From contig JAAZXH010000008.1 of the NCBI GenBank assembly GCA_014240275.1, positions 32,653 through 96,652 on the forward strand: a stretch of 64,000 nt of DNA, written 5' to 3'. Below the pieces are notes generated by a model. The model made no database searches. It was given only the letters and a program-made list of their open reading frames with translations, and was not told where the DNA came from. Positions 9,674 to 19,997 of the stretch are shown here, piece by piece (positions within the stretch are counted from its first letter, which is position 1; every line of letters starts with the position of its first letter). Both the position numbers and the translations under genes were made by a program. This DNA is from Candidatus Peregrinibacteria bacterium (GTDB taxonomy: Bacteria > Patescibacteriota > Gracilibacteria > UBA1369 > GCA-2718715).

Positions 9674-12235
9674 TTATTTTACATCAAAAGTAAAATCATT
9701 TTTCTTATAGCCAATCTTCAACGTAGAGTTTGCTGTTAAAGTAGAATCAAGCAACATATCAGTCATTTTATCTTGAATAACCTCTTGCAATTTTCTACGT
9801 GCCGGTCGGGCTCCATATTGGCGATCGTATGATAATTCAGCTAATCTGTCTAAGGCCTTGTTTGTAAGGGAAATTTTTATCTTACGTTCAGATAATTGCT
9901 CTTCAAATTGTGAAATTAAAAGTTTAACAATTGATTTAACTTGAGGATGAGTCAAAGGTTCAAATACAATTATATTATCTAAACGATTAATAAACTCAGG
10001 TTTAAAGGCTTTTTTAACGTCATGCATTACTTCTTCTGAGGCTTGATCAAACTCTGCCATTTCTTTAGCTAACTCAGATTCAGATAAATTAAAACCAATA
10101 GAAGATGCTTCTTCAGTTAAACGAGCAGCACCAATATTTGAAGTCATAATAATGATAGTATTTGTGAAATCTACCTTTTTACCTTTTGCGTCTGTTAAAC
10201 ATCCGTCTTCTAGAATCTGTAGAAGCAAATTAAAAAAATCAGGATGTCCTTTTTCTATTTCATCAAACAAGATAACAGAATAAGGTTTTCTACGAACAGC
10301 CTCTGTTAATTGGCCTCCATCTTCATAACCTACATATCCAGCAGATGTACCGACTAAACGAGACGTAGAATGACGCTCCATGAATTCACTCATATCAATT
10401 TTAATCAAAGCTTTAGAGTCATCATAAATTTCAGAAGCTAGGGTTTTCACGAGCTCTGTTTTACCAACCCCAGTAGGTCCTAAAAACAAGAATGAACCAA
10501 TTGGTCGATTTGGATGAGAAATACCAAGCCGAGACCTTCGAATAGCTTTAGAAATTTCTGTTACCGCTTTATCTTGACCAACTATAGACTTGTGCAGGAT
10601 GGTTTCTAAAGATTTTAACTTTTCAACGTCAGTAGCGACTAATTTATTAACAGGGACACCAGTCATCTTATGAATTATGGCAGCTATATCTTTTTCGTGG
10701 ATCTTTTTTCTAAGATGCCTTGGAGTCTTAGTAATCTTTAATTGTTCAATTTTATCCAAAAGCTTCATTTCCGAGTCTCTAAAGGAAGCAGCTTTTTCAA
10801 AATCTTGCTTAGAAACTGCAGATTCTTTTTTTGTAGAAATTTTCTTTAACTCCTTCTTAAGATCTTCAAGTTCGCTCTTATTGTCTAAACTAGTTACTTT
10901 TTTTAAAGCGCAAGCTTCATCTAAGGTATCAATAGCTTTATCAGGCAAAAAACGGTCAGCAATATAACGAGCAGAAAGTGTAACAGCAGACTTTAAAGCA
11001 TCATCTGTAATCATTAGATTATGATGATCTTCAAAACATTCTCTCAAGCCACTCAAAATTTCAACTGAATCTTCTTCAGACGGCTCTGGAACAGTAACGA
11101 CCTGAAAACGTCTTTCTAGAGCAGAATCAGATTCAATGGCCTTACGATATTCAGTTGTAGTAGTAGCACCAATTAATTGCAATTGAGCTCTAGATAATGC
11201 AGGTTTTAAAATATTAGCAGCATCTAAACTACCCTCAGCTGAACCAGCTCCTATCAAAGTATGTAATTCATCTATAAATAAAATAATATTTTTATTAGCA
11301 GAGGCCTCTTCAATAATAAGCTTGATTCTGTCTTCAAATTCACCACGAAACTTAGTACCTGCTACAACATTACCAAGAGGAAGAGATAGAATTGTTTTAT
11401 CAAACATAGTGTGAGGGACACTTTTGTCATGAATTCTTAATGCTAAACCTTCAACTACAGCTGTTTTACCAACTCCAGGCTCACCAATTAAAACAGGGTT
11501 ATTTTTAGTCTTACGGTTTAAAATAGAAACTAGACGTTCAATTTCATCGTTTCTTCCAATAACAGGATCCAACTTGCCCTTAGCGGCAAGTTCAGTCAGG
11601 TTTGTTGTAAAATAGTCCAATGTTGGGGTTTTAGACTTTGGTTTTTTTGATTTTTTGTAAGGAGGGGCATCTTGCTGACCAGACAAAACTCCATTCAAAC
11701 CATTTAAGAAAAACTCTAATGGATTACTTGATTCATCATTCTTTGAGGAATTTGATCCAGATTCAACTTTAGCTTCATTAGATTTTTGGAAAATTTCTAA
11801 AATTTGAGATTTAATATGACGAGGATTGATTTTCATATTTTCTAAAATAACAGTCGCAGCTGTATTTTCTTGAGAAACTACAGCGTATAACAAATGTTCA
11901 GTACCAATAAAATTATGGTTAAACTTAGATGCAATACTAAGGGCATTTTCTATAACCTGTTTGGCATAACCAGAAAGAGTGCCAGCAGATTTAGATTTAG
12001 TAGCAGCCTTAGAACTAGACCTACCAACAGTTTTTAAAACAAGCTCTACATTATTAGCACTTACACCAAAATTATTAAGGATTGTTGAACCAAGACTATT
12101 TTCTTGATACAAAATACCTAACAGTATATGTTCAGTTCCAACATATGACAAATTTGCTTCCGCAGATTTTTCTTGCGCGATCATTAGTGTTTCTTTCGCT
12201 TCTTTGGTAAATTTTTCGAAGTGATTATCTTCCAT
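9674..12235 (-). CDS. clpC: ATP-dependent Clp protease ATP-binding subunit (ClpC-type)
   Basis: Two Clp-N repeats ([14 protein letters not shown]), two Walker A motifs ([16 protein letters not shown]), UVR-like middle domain ([11 protein letters not shown]), YGARP. Confidence 0.93.
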   Translation of the reverse strand: MEDNHFEKFTKEAKETLMIAQEKSAEANLSYVGTEHILLGILYQENSLGSTILNNFGVSANNVELVLKTVGRSSSKAATKSKSAGTLSGYAKQVIENALSIASKFNHNFIGTEHLLYAVVSQENTAATVILENMKINPRHIKSQILEIFQKSNEAKVESGSNSSKNDESSNPLEFFLNGLNGVLSGQQDAPPYKKSKKPKSKTPTLDYFTTNLTELAAKGKLDPVIGRNDEIERLVSILNRKTKNNPVLIGEPGVGKTAVVEGLALRIHDKSVPHTMFDKTILSLPLGNVVAGTKFRGEFEDRIKLIIEEASANKNIILFIDELHTLIGAGSAEGSLDAANILKPALSRAQLQLIGATTTTEYRKAIESDSALERRFQVVTVPEPSEEDSVEILSGLRECFEDHHNLMITDDALKSAVTLSARYIADRFLPDKAIDTLDEACALKKVTSLDNKSELEDLKKELKKISTKKESAVSKQDFEKAASFRDSEMKLLDKIEQLKITKTPRHLRKKIHEKDIAAIIHKMTGVPVNKLVATDVEKLKSLETILHKSIVGQDKAVTEISKAIRRSRLGISHPNRPIGSFLFLGPTGVGKTELVKTLASEIYDDSKALIKIDMSEFMERHSTSRLVGTSAGYVGYEDGGQLTEAVRRKPYSVILFDEIEKGHPDFFNLLLQILEDGCLTDAKGKKVDFTNTIIIMTSNIGAARLTEEASSIGFNLSESELAKEMAEFDQASEEVMHDVKKAFKPEFINRLDNIIVFEPLTHPQVKSIVKLLISQFEEQLSERKIKISLTNKALDRLAELSYDRQYGARPARRKLQEVIQDKMTDMLLDSTLTANSTLKIGYKKNDFTFDVK

Positions 12236-12323
12236 ATTTATTTAATTAGACAATGATATTATAACACAAAATAGGCTATAATACGCCAAGTTAGTATTTA
12301 CAAAAAAAGGATTTATACTAAGG

Positions 12324-12350
12324 TTAGCAACCTCAATAATAGAGTGCTAA
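12324..12350. promoter_or_regulatory. CIRCE element (HrcA operator) upstream of clpC
   Basis: Minus strand TTAGCACTC-N9-GGTTGCTAA against consensus TTAGCACTC-N9-GAGTGCTAA (9/9 and 7/9). Confidence 0.85.
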
Positions 12351-12364
12351 ACAAAGCATGTCAA
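12336..12364 (-). promoter_or_regulatory. Sigma70-type promoter for clpC
   Basis: TTGACA-N17-TATTAT on the minus strand, overlapping the CIRCE. Confidence 0.75.
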
Positions 12365-12365
12365 A

Positions 12366-13832
12366 TTATTCTTCAAGCAAATCAATGGAATCATACATTT
12401 TTTGAACGAAATCCTTATATTTAGGATCAAACTTAAACTCTATACTCTTATCATCAAGCTGCCTAGTCATTTTTTCAACCAGGGGAGAATTTATAGCAAC
12501 ATTTGTACTTTCGAACCCAACAGGTGATACAATAATCAAAACATTATCTTGAGTAACAGGCTCTAATGCAAACAAATACGAGTCCTCATCACGAATATAA
12601 TACCAACTAGCAGGATAAGACAAAGAAAAACCTAAAGCAGGAGTCTCAAACAACCTAAAACCTTCTGGCAAACTATTAACTTGAATCTTGTCGTTGCGTA
12701 AATTAATGAATGTTAATGGACGGTCATAAACATCATTAACACCAGAACTTAATTCCCAATCCGTATTAACACCTTCAACAAAAGTAGCCTTAACTAAATA
12801 ACCATTAGTATAATTGACCAACACTCTTGCTTCTTTATTCTCGTTATCAATAAAAATCAAATAAAAGTGTTTATTATCAGTGAACGCAAAGCTGACAGCT
12901 TTAGAAAAAGTCGGAACAACGTTATCAACTTGAGATAAAAAGTCTTCAACAATATCTTTATTTTCAAAATTCAAACCTTCTTCAACAGGTTCTTCTGCAG
13001 GAACCTCTTGTTGAGAAGAATTATCGTCAGGTGCAATAGGAGCAAACTCTAGCTCAGTTGCAATACCATTCGCCTCTTCGATAACTTCTGAATTAAGAAA
13101 TTGACCAGTTGGAGTGAAATAATTTAAATTAACTAAGAAATTATCAAACTGTTTAACAGAAGATTCAGAAGTCAAAAGACGTAAATCCATTTCATATAAA
13201 ACATTCTGATTTTGAGTTAAATACAAAAGCTGAGTATCAGAGGCTCTATAGAACTTATAGGCATTACTTGCAATATTTAAATTATCAAAACTAAAATCAG
13301 GATATTTATTAGCAACAAACAAATCAATGTCTTGCTCTACACTCAGTGGGTGTAACTGCAAACTTAAAACAGAAGGATCGTCTAAAAAAGAAATAGTTAA
13401 ATTCGGAAAATTTGATTGCAACTGCATTTGTTCTGACAAATCAAACGAGATACCAAAACTTGGCAGAGTTTCAAGGGTCGAAACCTCTTTATTTAAATCT
13501 TCTAGAACATCAATTTGATTAACAAAAATTAAATCAACAGGTTTATTGTTTAATTGTTTTTCTAAATAATTACCAGAAATTCTAATTTGTTTATCTATAT
13601 ATAAGTCTAAATCGTGCAAAACACTATTTAAATAAACTCGATTTTTTGATTCAGTGATCATTAAGTGAGTAGCATCAAGATCAGATAAATCTGAAGTTAA
13701 GGACTCTATCTCACCAACGAATGTCTTAGTAACAACCGTATCTAAATATGGCTCAGGGGCATCTGATTTAAAACAACCAGTCATTAAAGTTAATGAAGAA
13801 ATAAGACAAAAAGAAATAAATGCTTTATTCAT
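12366..13832 (-). CDS. Hypothetical lipoprotein (acidic; possible PsbP-like segments)
   Basis: Signal peptide with lipobox LMTG-C; GISFDL and GFSLSYPASW motifs. Confidence 0.6.
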   Translation of the reverse strand: MNKAFISFCLISSLTLMTGCFKSDAPEPYLDTVVTKTFVGEIESLTSDLSDLDATHLMITESKNRVYLNSVLHDLDLYIDKQIRISGNYLEKQLNNKPVDLIFVNQIDVLEDLNKEVSTLETLPSFGISFDLSEQMQLQSNFPNLTISFLDDPSVLSLQLHPLSVEQDIDLFVANKYPDFSFDNLNIASNAYKFYRASDTQLLYLTQNQNVLYEMDLRLLTSESSVKQFDNFLVNLNYFTPTGQFLNSEVIEEANGIATELEFAPIAPDDNSSQQEVPAEEPVEEGLNFENKDIVEDFLSQVDNVVPTFSKAVSFAFTDNKHFYLIFIDNENKEARVLVNYTNGYLVKATFVEGVNTDWELSSGVNDVYDRPLTFINLRNDKIQVNSLPEGFRLFETPALGFSLSYPASWYYIRDEDSYLFALEPVTQDNVLIIVSPVGFESTNVAINSPLVEKMTRQLDDKSIEFKFDPKYKDFVQKMYDSIDLLEE

Positions 13833-14763
13833 AATTTAAAATATTAGAACGTACGTAGTTTACACCCTTGTTTGTTAAAAGTCTACCTTTGTGAGATCTT
13901 ACCAAAAGACCCAAACTCAATAAATAAGGTTCATAATATGATTCAAGACTAGATGGGTTCTCATTTAAAATAGCAGCCAAACTATTTAAACCAATTGGGA
14001 CATCAGATTCATAAAGCCTTTTAAGCAAAGCTCTTTCGGTAGTATTTAAACCAAATTTATCTATACCAAGTTCTTCTAAAATAGACCTAAGATCTACATC
14101 ATTAAAGTTATTTTTTTTAGCAAGTAAAAAATGATCCCGTAAGCGTTTTAGCAAATTTAAGGCAATCCTTGGTGTGCCCTTTGAAACATTAACTAAAAGA
14201 TTCAAGGCCTCATCTGACAAATTAACATCCAATAAATCGATTTGTGAAAGTAATAAACGTTTAATCTCGGAATCTGGATATAATTCCAATTTGAAATTAT
14301 GAATAAATCTATCAGTTAAAGGACGTGATAATTTATCAGGCTTAGTTGTAGCACCAATTAAAGTAAATGGCATAATATCTAAACGAATTGATTTTGCAGT
14401 AACACCTTTACCTATCAAAATATCAATTACATTATCCTCCATCGCAGTATAGAGTAATTCTTGACACTTGAGTGTCAATTGATGAATCTCATCAATGAAC
14501 AAAATATCACCTTGCTGTAAAGAACTTAATATGGAAGCTAAATCACCAGAACGGCTAAAAGTTTGACCCGCAGTAACCATACAGTTTGTACTCATTTCAT
14601 TAGCTATAATCTGAGCTAAAGTAGTTTTACCTAAGCCGGGCTGTCCATGAAACAAGATATGGTCCAAATGCTGTTCTCGAGAGTTAGCAGAACGAACGAT
14701 TACATCTAATTGATTAATAAGCTTAGGTTGGCCAAAAAAGTCTTTTAATGTCTGTGGTCGCAT
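13825..14763 (-). CDS. ruvB: Holliday junction branch migration helicase RuvB
   Basis: MRPQTL, GQPGLGKTT, FIDEIH, AMED, FTLIGATT, GTPRIA, EPYL. Confidence 0.95.
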   Translation of the reverse strand: MRPQTLKDFFGQPKLINQLDVIVRSANSREQHLDHILFHGQPGLGKTTLAQIIANEMSTNCMVTAGQTFSRSGDLASILSSLQQGDILFIDEIHQLTLKCQELLYTAMEDNVIDILIGKGVTAKSIRLDIMPFTLIGATTKPDKLSRPLTDRFIHNFKLELYPDSEIKRLLLSQIDLLDVNLSDEALNLLVNVSKGTPRIALNLLKRLRDHFLLAKKNNFNDVDLRSILEELGIDKFGLNTTERALLKRLYESDVPIGLNSLAAILNENPSSLESYYEPYLLSLGLLVRSHKGRLLTNKGVNYVRSNILNYE

Positions 14764-14765
14764 TC

Positions 14766-15254
14766 TTATTTTTTATATAAATCAGTAAGTGACTGGATGT
14801 AAGTTCTAAGCTTAATAGGATAAGCAGCTTGCGGAAAACTAATAGCTACCTTGGAAGTTGACGTCAATAAATCAATAGAACCAAAGTCTAAAAATTTAAA
14901 CTTAGAAAAAATACCACTTGTATGAACCTCTACATCAATAATATCACCAAACTCAACCTCAGAAATTTTCTTTACTGTTAAATATTTCCAATCAATAAAA
15001 ATAACTCTTTTATTAGTAATAACTAAACGATCTAACCAATAAATTAATGTTAAGTAAATCAAAAGGGCAATAAAAATAAACAACAAAACTAAATGCACAA
15101 TAAAAATTACCTTAAATGTTAAAGCATCCTTTATTAGATACAAAATCAAATAAAAGGGCATTATAAAAAAAACTAATTTAAAAACATTTAAAAAATATGG
15201 GGTATAATGATGATAGAAAATTTTGAGTACAAACTCATCCTTTGTTAACAACAT
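14766..15254 (-). CDS. Membrane protein with bacterial PH (bPH_2-like) domain
   Basis: Two TM helices, then YWLDRLVITNKRVI and DFGSIDL. Start chosen at ATG 15254. Confidence 0.65.
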   Translation of the reverse strand: MLLTKDEFVLKIFYHHYTPYFLNVFKLVFFIMPFYLILYLIKDALTFKVIFIVHLVLLFIFIALLIYLTLIYWLDRLVITNKRVIFIDWKYLTVKKISEVEFGDIIDVEVHTSGIFSKFKFLDFGSIDLLTSTSKVAISFPQAAYPIKLRTYIQSLTDLYKK

Positions 15255-15286
15255 AGAAACAATTATCAATATCATTATGAAAGAAC

Positions 15287-15928
15287 ATGCTTAAAAAATC
15301 AAATCCTATCATCAAATCTATATTATTAAGTTTATTATTATTCGCAATAACATTCATAGTAATACAAAAAACTAACTACAAAAGTGTCGCAAGCCTACTT
15401 TTAATTCAGAATTTAATTATCTTAATCCCTGTATACATAATTAAAAATGAGCAAAAACTCATACAAGACTTAAATAAAAAAACCGATTGGATAAAAAATA
15501 TAATAAAAGCAGTAAAATACTATTTAAGCTTTTTAAGTGTAATGATAATTATACAAGCAATATCTATAGGGTTTAATATACAAATTCCACTCTTTGGCGA
15601 TCAAGAAATTCCTCAAGATTTTTTAATTATAAATAAAAGCTTATTTATAATAATCTGGATTTCACTGATTGCACCAATTATAGAAGAACTATATTTTAGA
15701 AACTTCATATGGAACAATATAAAGAATAAAAACAGAAATGTTATTCAAGCAAGTCTGTTTGCAATCTTTCACTTAGAACCAAGTACTCTTGGGCCATTAT
15801 TTATATATGGAATGCTATTAGGTAAAATACGAGAAAAATATGGAATTTATGCAGCAATAACACTACACATAATTAATAACAGCTTGGCAACAGCGATAAT
15901 ATTGACCTTGCAAAAATTCTCATTATAG
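15287..15928 (+). CDS. CPBP/Abi (CAAX protease-like) intramembrane metalloprotease
   Basis: APIIEELYFR, FAIFH and HIINN motifs with several TM helices. Confidence 0.9.
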   Translation: MLKKSNPIIKSILLSLLLFAITFIVIQKTNYKSVASLLLIQNLIILIPVYIIKNEQKLIQDLNKKTDWIKNIIKAVKYYLSFLSVMIIIQAISIGFNIQIPLFGDQEIPQDFLIINKSLFIIIWISLIAPIIEELYFRNFIWNNIKNKNRNVIQASLFAIFHLEPSTLGPLFIYGMLLGKIREKYGIYAAITLHIINNSLATAIILTLQKFSL

Positions 15929-15962
15929 GTTATAATTATTTAATTATAAACTATTCATCAAA

Positions 15963-17384
15963 ATGAAAAAAACAATCATAGCTATCGGAATCTTAGGCTG
16001 CCTTGTTGTTAACAGAACCTATGCAAATTCTGAAAACCAAAATTTAAAAAAAGCCTTAACATTTGCATATAAAGACAACATACAAACAATTGAATTTGAA
16101 ACTAATCAAGTTCAAAAAATAGACCAAGGTATTCTTAAAAACTATTTTAAACCAAAATATCAAATAAGTCAAAACGGTAAAAAAGAAATATACCAAACAT
16201 ATAAAATTAAAGAAACAGCCAGAAACGCTATTTATGATTACAATAGTGATAAAATAATACCAAGCAGAAAAGGTTTCAAAATAAACAATGAGGTATATTT
16301 AAACGACGAAGTAAATAAACTAGACATAGCAATTCAAACAGCAGATATAACAGATAATGACATTAACAAAAACCTTGAAACTATTGAAACCTACTTAAAC
16401 AAAACACTAAAAATTAAAATAGACAATAAAGATTATAAAATCAAATACAAAAAACAATGGTTTAAAGTAAATCAAGAAAAAGTCAGCTTAAATATAAAAT
16501 TAATTAGCCAAGACATTCAAAGAGCTCTCTCACAATATGCTGAAAAAAGCAAACATGTAAGATTAACAGACCTTGGCGATAGATTTGAAATAGACAAACA
16601 AATAAAAGCATATAAAACAGTAAGTTATACTGATATTCAAAATATAGCCTACAACATAATCAACCAAGAAGAACATAAAATTCATACAACAAACAAGTTT
16701 CCAATAATTAGAAATACAAAAAATGAAACCTTAAACATAATAGGATATGGTAGGAGTGATTTTAATGGATCAGTAGTAAACAGAATCGGAAACATTAAAA
16801 TGGGAGCCAAACTTTATAATAAAATAGTCATTGAACCAAATTCAGAATTTTCATACAATAAAATAATGCAAACAAAAGGCAGAAACATACCATGGTTGAA
16901 TGCACACATAATAGTTAACGGAAAAGATTTGAAGCTCGCGCCAGGCGGTGGATTATGTCAAACATCAACAACTATATTTAGAAGTGCCTTTAATGCTGGG
17001 CTACCAATAATAAAATGGAAAAACCACAGCCTGTACGTAAGATACTACACTATGTACGGAGACGGATTAGACTCAACTATTTTTCCAGGCAAACAAGATA
17101 TGAAATTTCAAAACCCATACAATGAAAAAATATACTTAAGTAGTTACGTAGATGCAAACAACAATATGCATACATTTTTAATCTCAAAAGCTCAAAAAGA
17201 AAAGATAACTGCAGAAGGCCCATTTTATGGCAGAGAAACAAAAGTTATGCCAAATGGTCGTACGCTTGGAAGAAGTCAAATAGGATGGCTAAGAACCATT
17301 AATAATAAAACTGAAGAATTTGTATCTACATATAATGGAGGATATCATATTCCAAAAGACAAATTAAAAGCGAGTCAGATCTAG
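15963..17384 (+). CDS. VanW family secreted protein
   Basis: Signal peptide; EFSYN, GGGLCQTSTTIFR, NHS, GLDSTIF, DMKFQN. Confidence 0.88.
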   Translation: MKKTIIAIGILGCLVVNRTYANSENQNLKKALTFAYKDNIQTIEFETNQVQKIDQGILKNYFKPKYQISQNGKKEIYQTYKIKETARNAIYDYNSDKIIPSRKGFKINNEVYLNDEVNKLDIAIQTADITDNDINKNLETIETYLNKTLKIKIDNKDYKIKYKKQWFKVNQEKVSLNIKLISQDIQRALSQYAEKSKHVRLTDLGDRFEIDKQIKAYKTVSYTDIQNIAYNIINQEEHKIHTTNKFPIIRNTKNETLNIIGYGRSDFNGSVVNRIGNIKMGAKLYNKIVIEPNSEFSYNKIMQTKGRNIPWLNAHIIVNGKDLKLAPGGGLCQTSTTIFRSAFNAGLPIIKWKNHSLYVRYYTMYGDGLDSTIFPGKQDMKFQNPYNEKIYLSSYVDANNNMHTFLISKAQKEKITAEGPFYGRETKVMPNGRTLGRSQIGWLRTINNKTEEFVSTYNGGYHIPKDKLKASQI

Positions 17385-18053
17385 AAAGAAAGCCAATATA
17401 ACTATTGGATGTAGCATATAAATTAAGAGTGTACGAGAACCCAAAAAGGTAATAAAATTACCTTTTTTTACTATAGTTTCTAAAGAAGTCAAACGCATAA
17501 ATATTGGTAAAAAAAGATAACCAAGTAAAACATATGAATACCATGGGAAAAGTGGAAAGAAATCTAAAGTATTAATACTAGCAGGATAAAAACCTAAAAC
17601 GTTTAAGAAAATATTATCAGAAGGGAATAAATACAACAACCTACCAAAAATAATCAAAGCGATTATTAAAGTTTTGTTACTTTGAAACCTAGATACAACA
17701 AGGTAATTTAAAATAGTAGCATAAGCAAAAAAATGTAAAATACCATTGAAAATAAAATACTCAGGAATTAACAAAAATGTAAAAGCAGAGATCAGCAAAG
17801 CACAAGCAAGTATCACAAAGAAGCGTTTGAGAAAATAATGAAAACCTCGGGATTTTTGAGATACATAATACAAAGACAAACCAGATAAAGTCACAAAACC
17901 AATACGTGAAATATGACCAATAACCTCATAAAAAGTTTTATAATCAACATACCAGGTATAATCATAAAAAAAATGCCCAACAAAGACAAAATGAAAAACT
18001 AACATCAAAAACAAACATATGAATCGAAGATAGTCTAATAAATAGTTTCGCAT
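17364..18053 (-). CDS. DUF1624 / HGSNAT-like membrane acyltransferase
   Basis: LDYLRF..LMLVFH, GILH, DFFPLFPW, IYMLH. Confidence 0.8.
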   Translation of the reverse strand: MRNYLLDYLRFICLFLMLVFHFVFVGHFFYDYTWYVDYKTFYEVIGHISRIGFVTLSGLSLYYVSQKSRGFHYFLKRFFVILACALLISAFTFLLIPEYFIFNGILHFFAYATILNYLVVSRFQSNKTLIIALIIFGRLLYLFPSDNIFLNVLGFYPASINTLDFFPLFPWYSYVLLGYLFLPIFMRLTSLETIVKKGNFITFLGSRTLLIYMLHPIVILAFFLDLTRF

Positions 18054-18063
18054 AATAATAAGG

Positions 18064-18140
18064 TGGCGCTCGCGAAAGGATTCGAACCTTTGACCTTCGC
18101 CTTAGAAGGGCGCTGCTCTATCCAGCTGAGCTACGCGAGC
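18064..18140 (-). tRNA. tRNA-Arg(UCU)
   Basis: Cloverleaf GCTCGCG...CGCGAGC-G-CCA, anticodon loop CT-TCT-AA, T loop TTCGAAT. Confidence 0.95.
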
Positions 18141-18181
18141 AAGATATAGCTAATTTATCATAAGAATTCTAAAAACTCAAG

Positions 18182-19957
18182 CTAAGAATTTAAAAATTCA
18201 GCCAAAATTTTAATAACTTGTTCGCGTGTTAAAGCTTGATCATGATCACGAATTAAATCGGTATCAACTATACCAAGTTTTAGTCCATATAAAAGATACG
18301 GGTAAGACCAACGATCTAATGAAAGATATTGCGTTAGAGTAGTGTCTGTAGTAGCTAAATTTACATCAACTTTATACAAGTGAAATAAAACTTTCAACAA
18401 CTCTGGTAATGTAACAAAAGCATCAGGATTAAAATTTTCAGAGTTTTCAAACACTGTTGCTGCAGTTAACATTAAAACTGGTTCGTAAAACCAATCCTGG
18501 CTAGTAACATCATCAAAATTAAGCGTTAAATTAGAATTTCGATACTTAGTAAATGGAAACAGTTTACTCAAAACAGATGCCAATTCTGAACGATGTAATG
18601 GGTTATTGGGCATAAAAGAACCATCTGGATAACCCGATATAATCTCTTTACGAACTAAATCAAATAAAGTATCAGCAATTTCATTAGAATTTTCTAAATC
18701 CTTGAACAGCATAACCTCAGAATTTAAAGCGTAAGAGTTGGAACCATCAGAAAAACTAAATTTATAGTTACCAATATCTGACGGGATTAATTCAAACTTT
18801 AAAACTCCCTCCTCATAAGACTTATTGAGCATAGTAGAGGATTTTGAGGATTTAAAAGAATTAGCAATAGCATTGTTAGATGCAACAATCGATTTATGTA
18901 AATTCAAAACACTAACAACTTGTTTTTGACCGTAAATCATTTTTTTAGGACCAATAATTTCAATTAACTTGTCTTCTAATTCTGGTTCTTGAAATTCAAT
19001 TTGTTTTGGAACAACTATTGCCTCTACTTCTATATCTGTAACTTTAGATTCAATCTTAGTATTAGAATTAAAAATTAAAAATTTTTGAACAAAATTCATA
19101 GGATGGACAGTGTTAGCAAAACCATCAGCCTTCTTAAAACCAGTATTAACCGCCTGAAAAAAGTCTAAGCCAGCCTCACGCAACTCAGGACCAGTAAACA
19201 TCCAATATGGATGCCATGGCGCAGTAACAGCATCAATTTGAAAATGCAAATGGGGAGTAGTACTTAATCCGGAATTACCACTAAGTGCAACTTGCTCTTC
19301 CTTTGTGACGACATCACCAACCTTTACATTCATAGTAGATAAGTGAGAATAACTAGAATAAATATCAGTTAAAACATTTGAATCATGCAAACTAGGAACA
19401 TTAGAGTGCTTGATCACTACATGGTTACCAAAACCATAGGGTTGTTGCTCAACCTTAACTACAACACCATTAGCAATAGACAAAACAGGAGTACCAATCG
19501 GCAACTTAATATCGACAGCAGGGTGAGAGCCGGCGCCTTCAATACCATCTAACTCATAATTGCCCATATACACTACCGGATAAGTAACCTTTAAATTTCT
19601 AGTATAAGTATCATTCTTATCAAAACCTAAAGATGCAACAGGCTTACGTAACAAACTAGCATCATAGACAAATGGATCAACTTTATATTGGTCTGAAATA
19701 CTCTCATAAGAGTTTTTCCATTGAGACGAATCTAAATCAGTCCATACAACAGACTTAGCAAAAGGAAAAGAAGTTCCATCAAATGGTGAATGCTTAACAC
19801 CTGTTAAAGTTGAGGTTTTCAACAAATTTAAGGCAATATGTTGATTTTGATGCACAAACACTACAGCTAAAACTAGCACAAGTAGTAAGAGATAAATATG
19901 CTTTATAATAAAGGCACGTATTTTGTGAAAAATTGCAAGATGGGTACTAGTTGGCAT
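18182..19957 (-). CDS. M23 family metallopeptidase with C-terminal SLH domains
   Basis: N-terminal TM; HPAVD, YSHLS and PHLHF zinc motifs; SLH-like GYPDGSFMPNNPLHRSE and FDDVTSQDWFY. Confidence 0.88.
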   Translation of the reverse strand: MPTSTHLAIFHKIRAFIIKHIYLLLLVLVLAVVFVHQNQHIALNLLKTSTLTGVKHSPFDGTSFPFAKSVVWTDLDSSQWKNSYESISDQYKVDPFVYDASLLRKPVASLGFDKNDTYTRNLKVTYPVVYMGNYELDGIEGAGSHPAVDIKLPIGTPVLSIANGVVVKVEQQPYGFGNHVVIKHSNVPSLHDSNVLTDIYSSYSHLSTMNVKVGDVVTKEEQVALSGNSGLSTTPHLHFQIDAVTAPWHPYWMFTGPELREAGLDFFQAVNTGFKKADGFANTVHPMNFVQKFLIFNSNTKIESKVTDIEVEAIVVPKQIEFQEPELEDKLIEIIGPKKMIYGQKQVVSVLNLHKSIVASNNAIANSFKSSKSSTMLNKSYEEGVLKFELIPSDIGNYKFSFSDGSNSYALNSEVMLFKDLENSNEIADTLFDLVRKEIISGYPDGSFMPNNPLHRSELASVLSKLFPFTKYRNSNLTLNFDDVTSQDWFYEPVLMLTAATVFENSENFNPDAFVTLPELLKVLFHLYKVDVNLATTDTTLTQYLSLDRWSYPYLLYGLKLGIVDTDLIRDHDQALTREQVIKILAEFLNS

Positions 19958-19997
19958 AAATTATACTTAAATCATATAATTATACCACAAATCATTA

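Noticed and set aside
18064-18140. Amber suppressor tRNA (CTA visible in the anticodon arm)
   Set aside because: The 7-nt loop is CTTCTAA, placing TCT at positions 34-36. It is an ordinary tRNA-Arg, and could not read TAA in any case.
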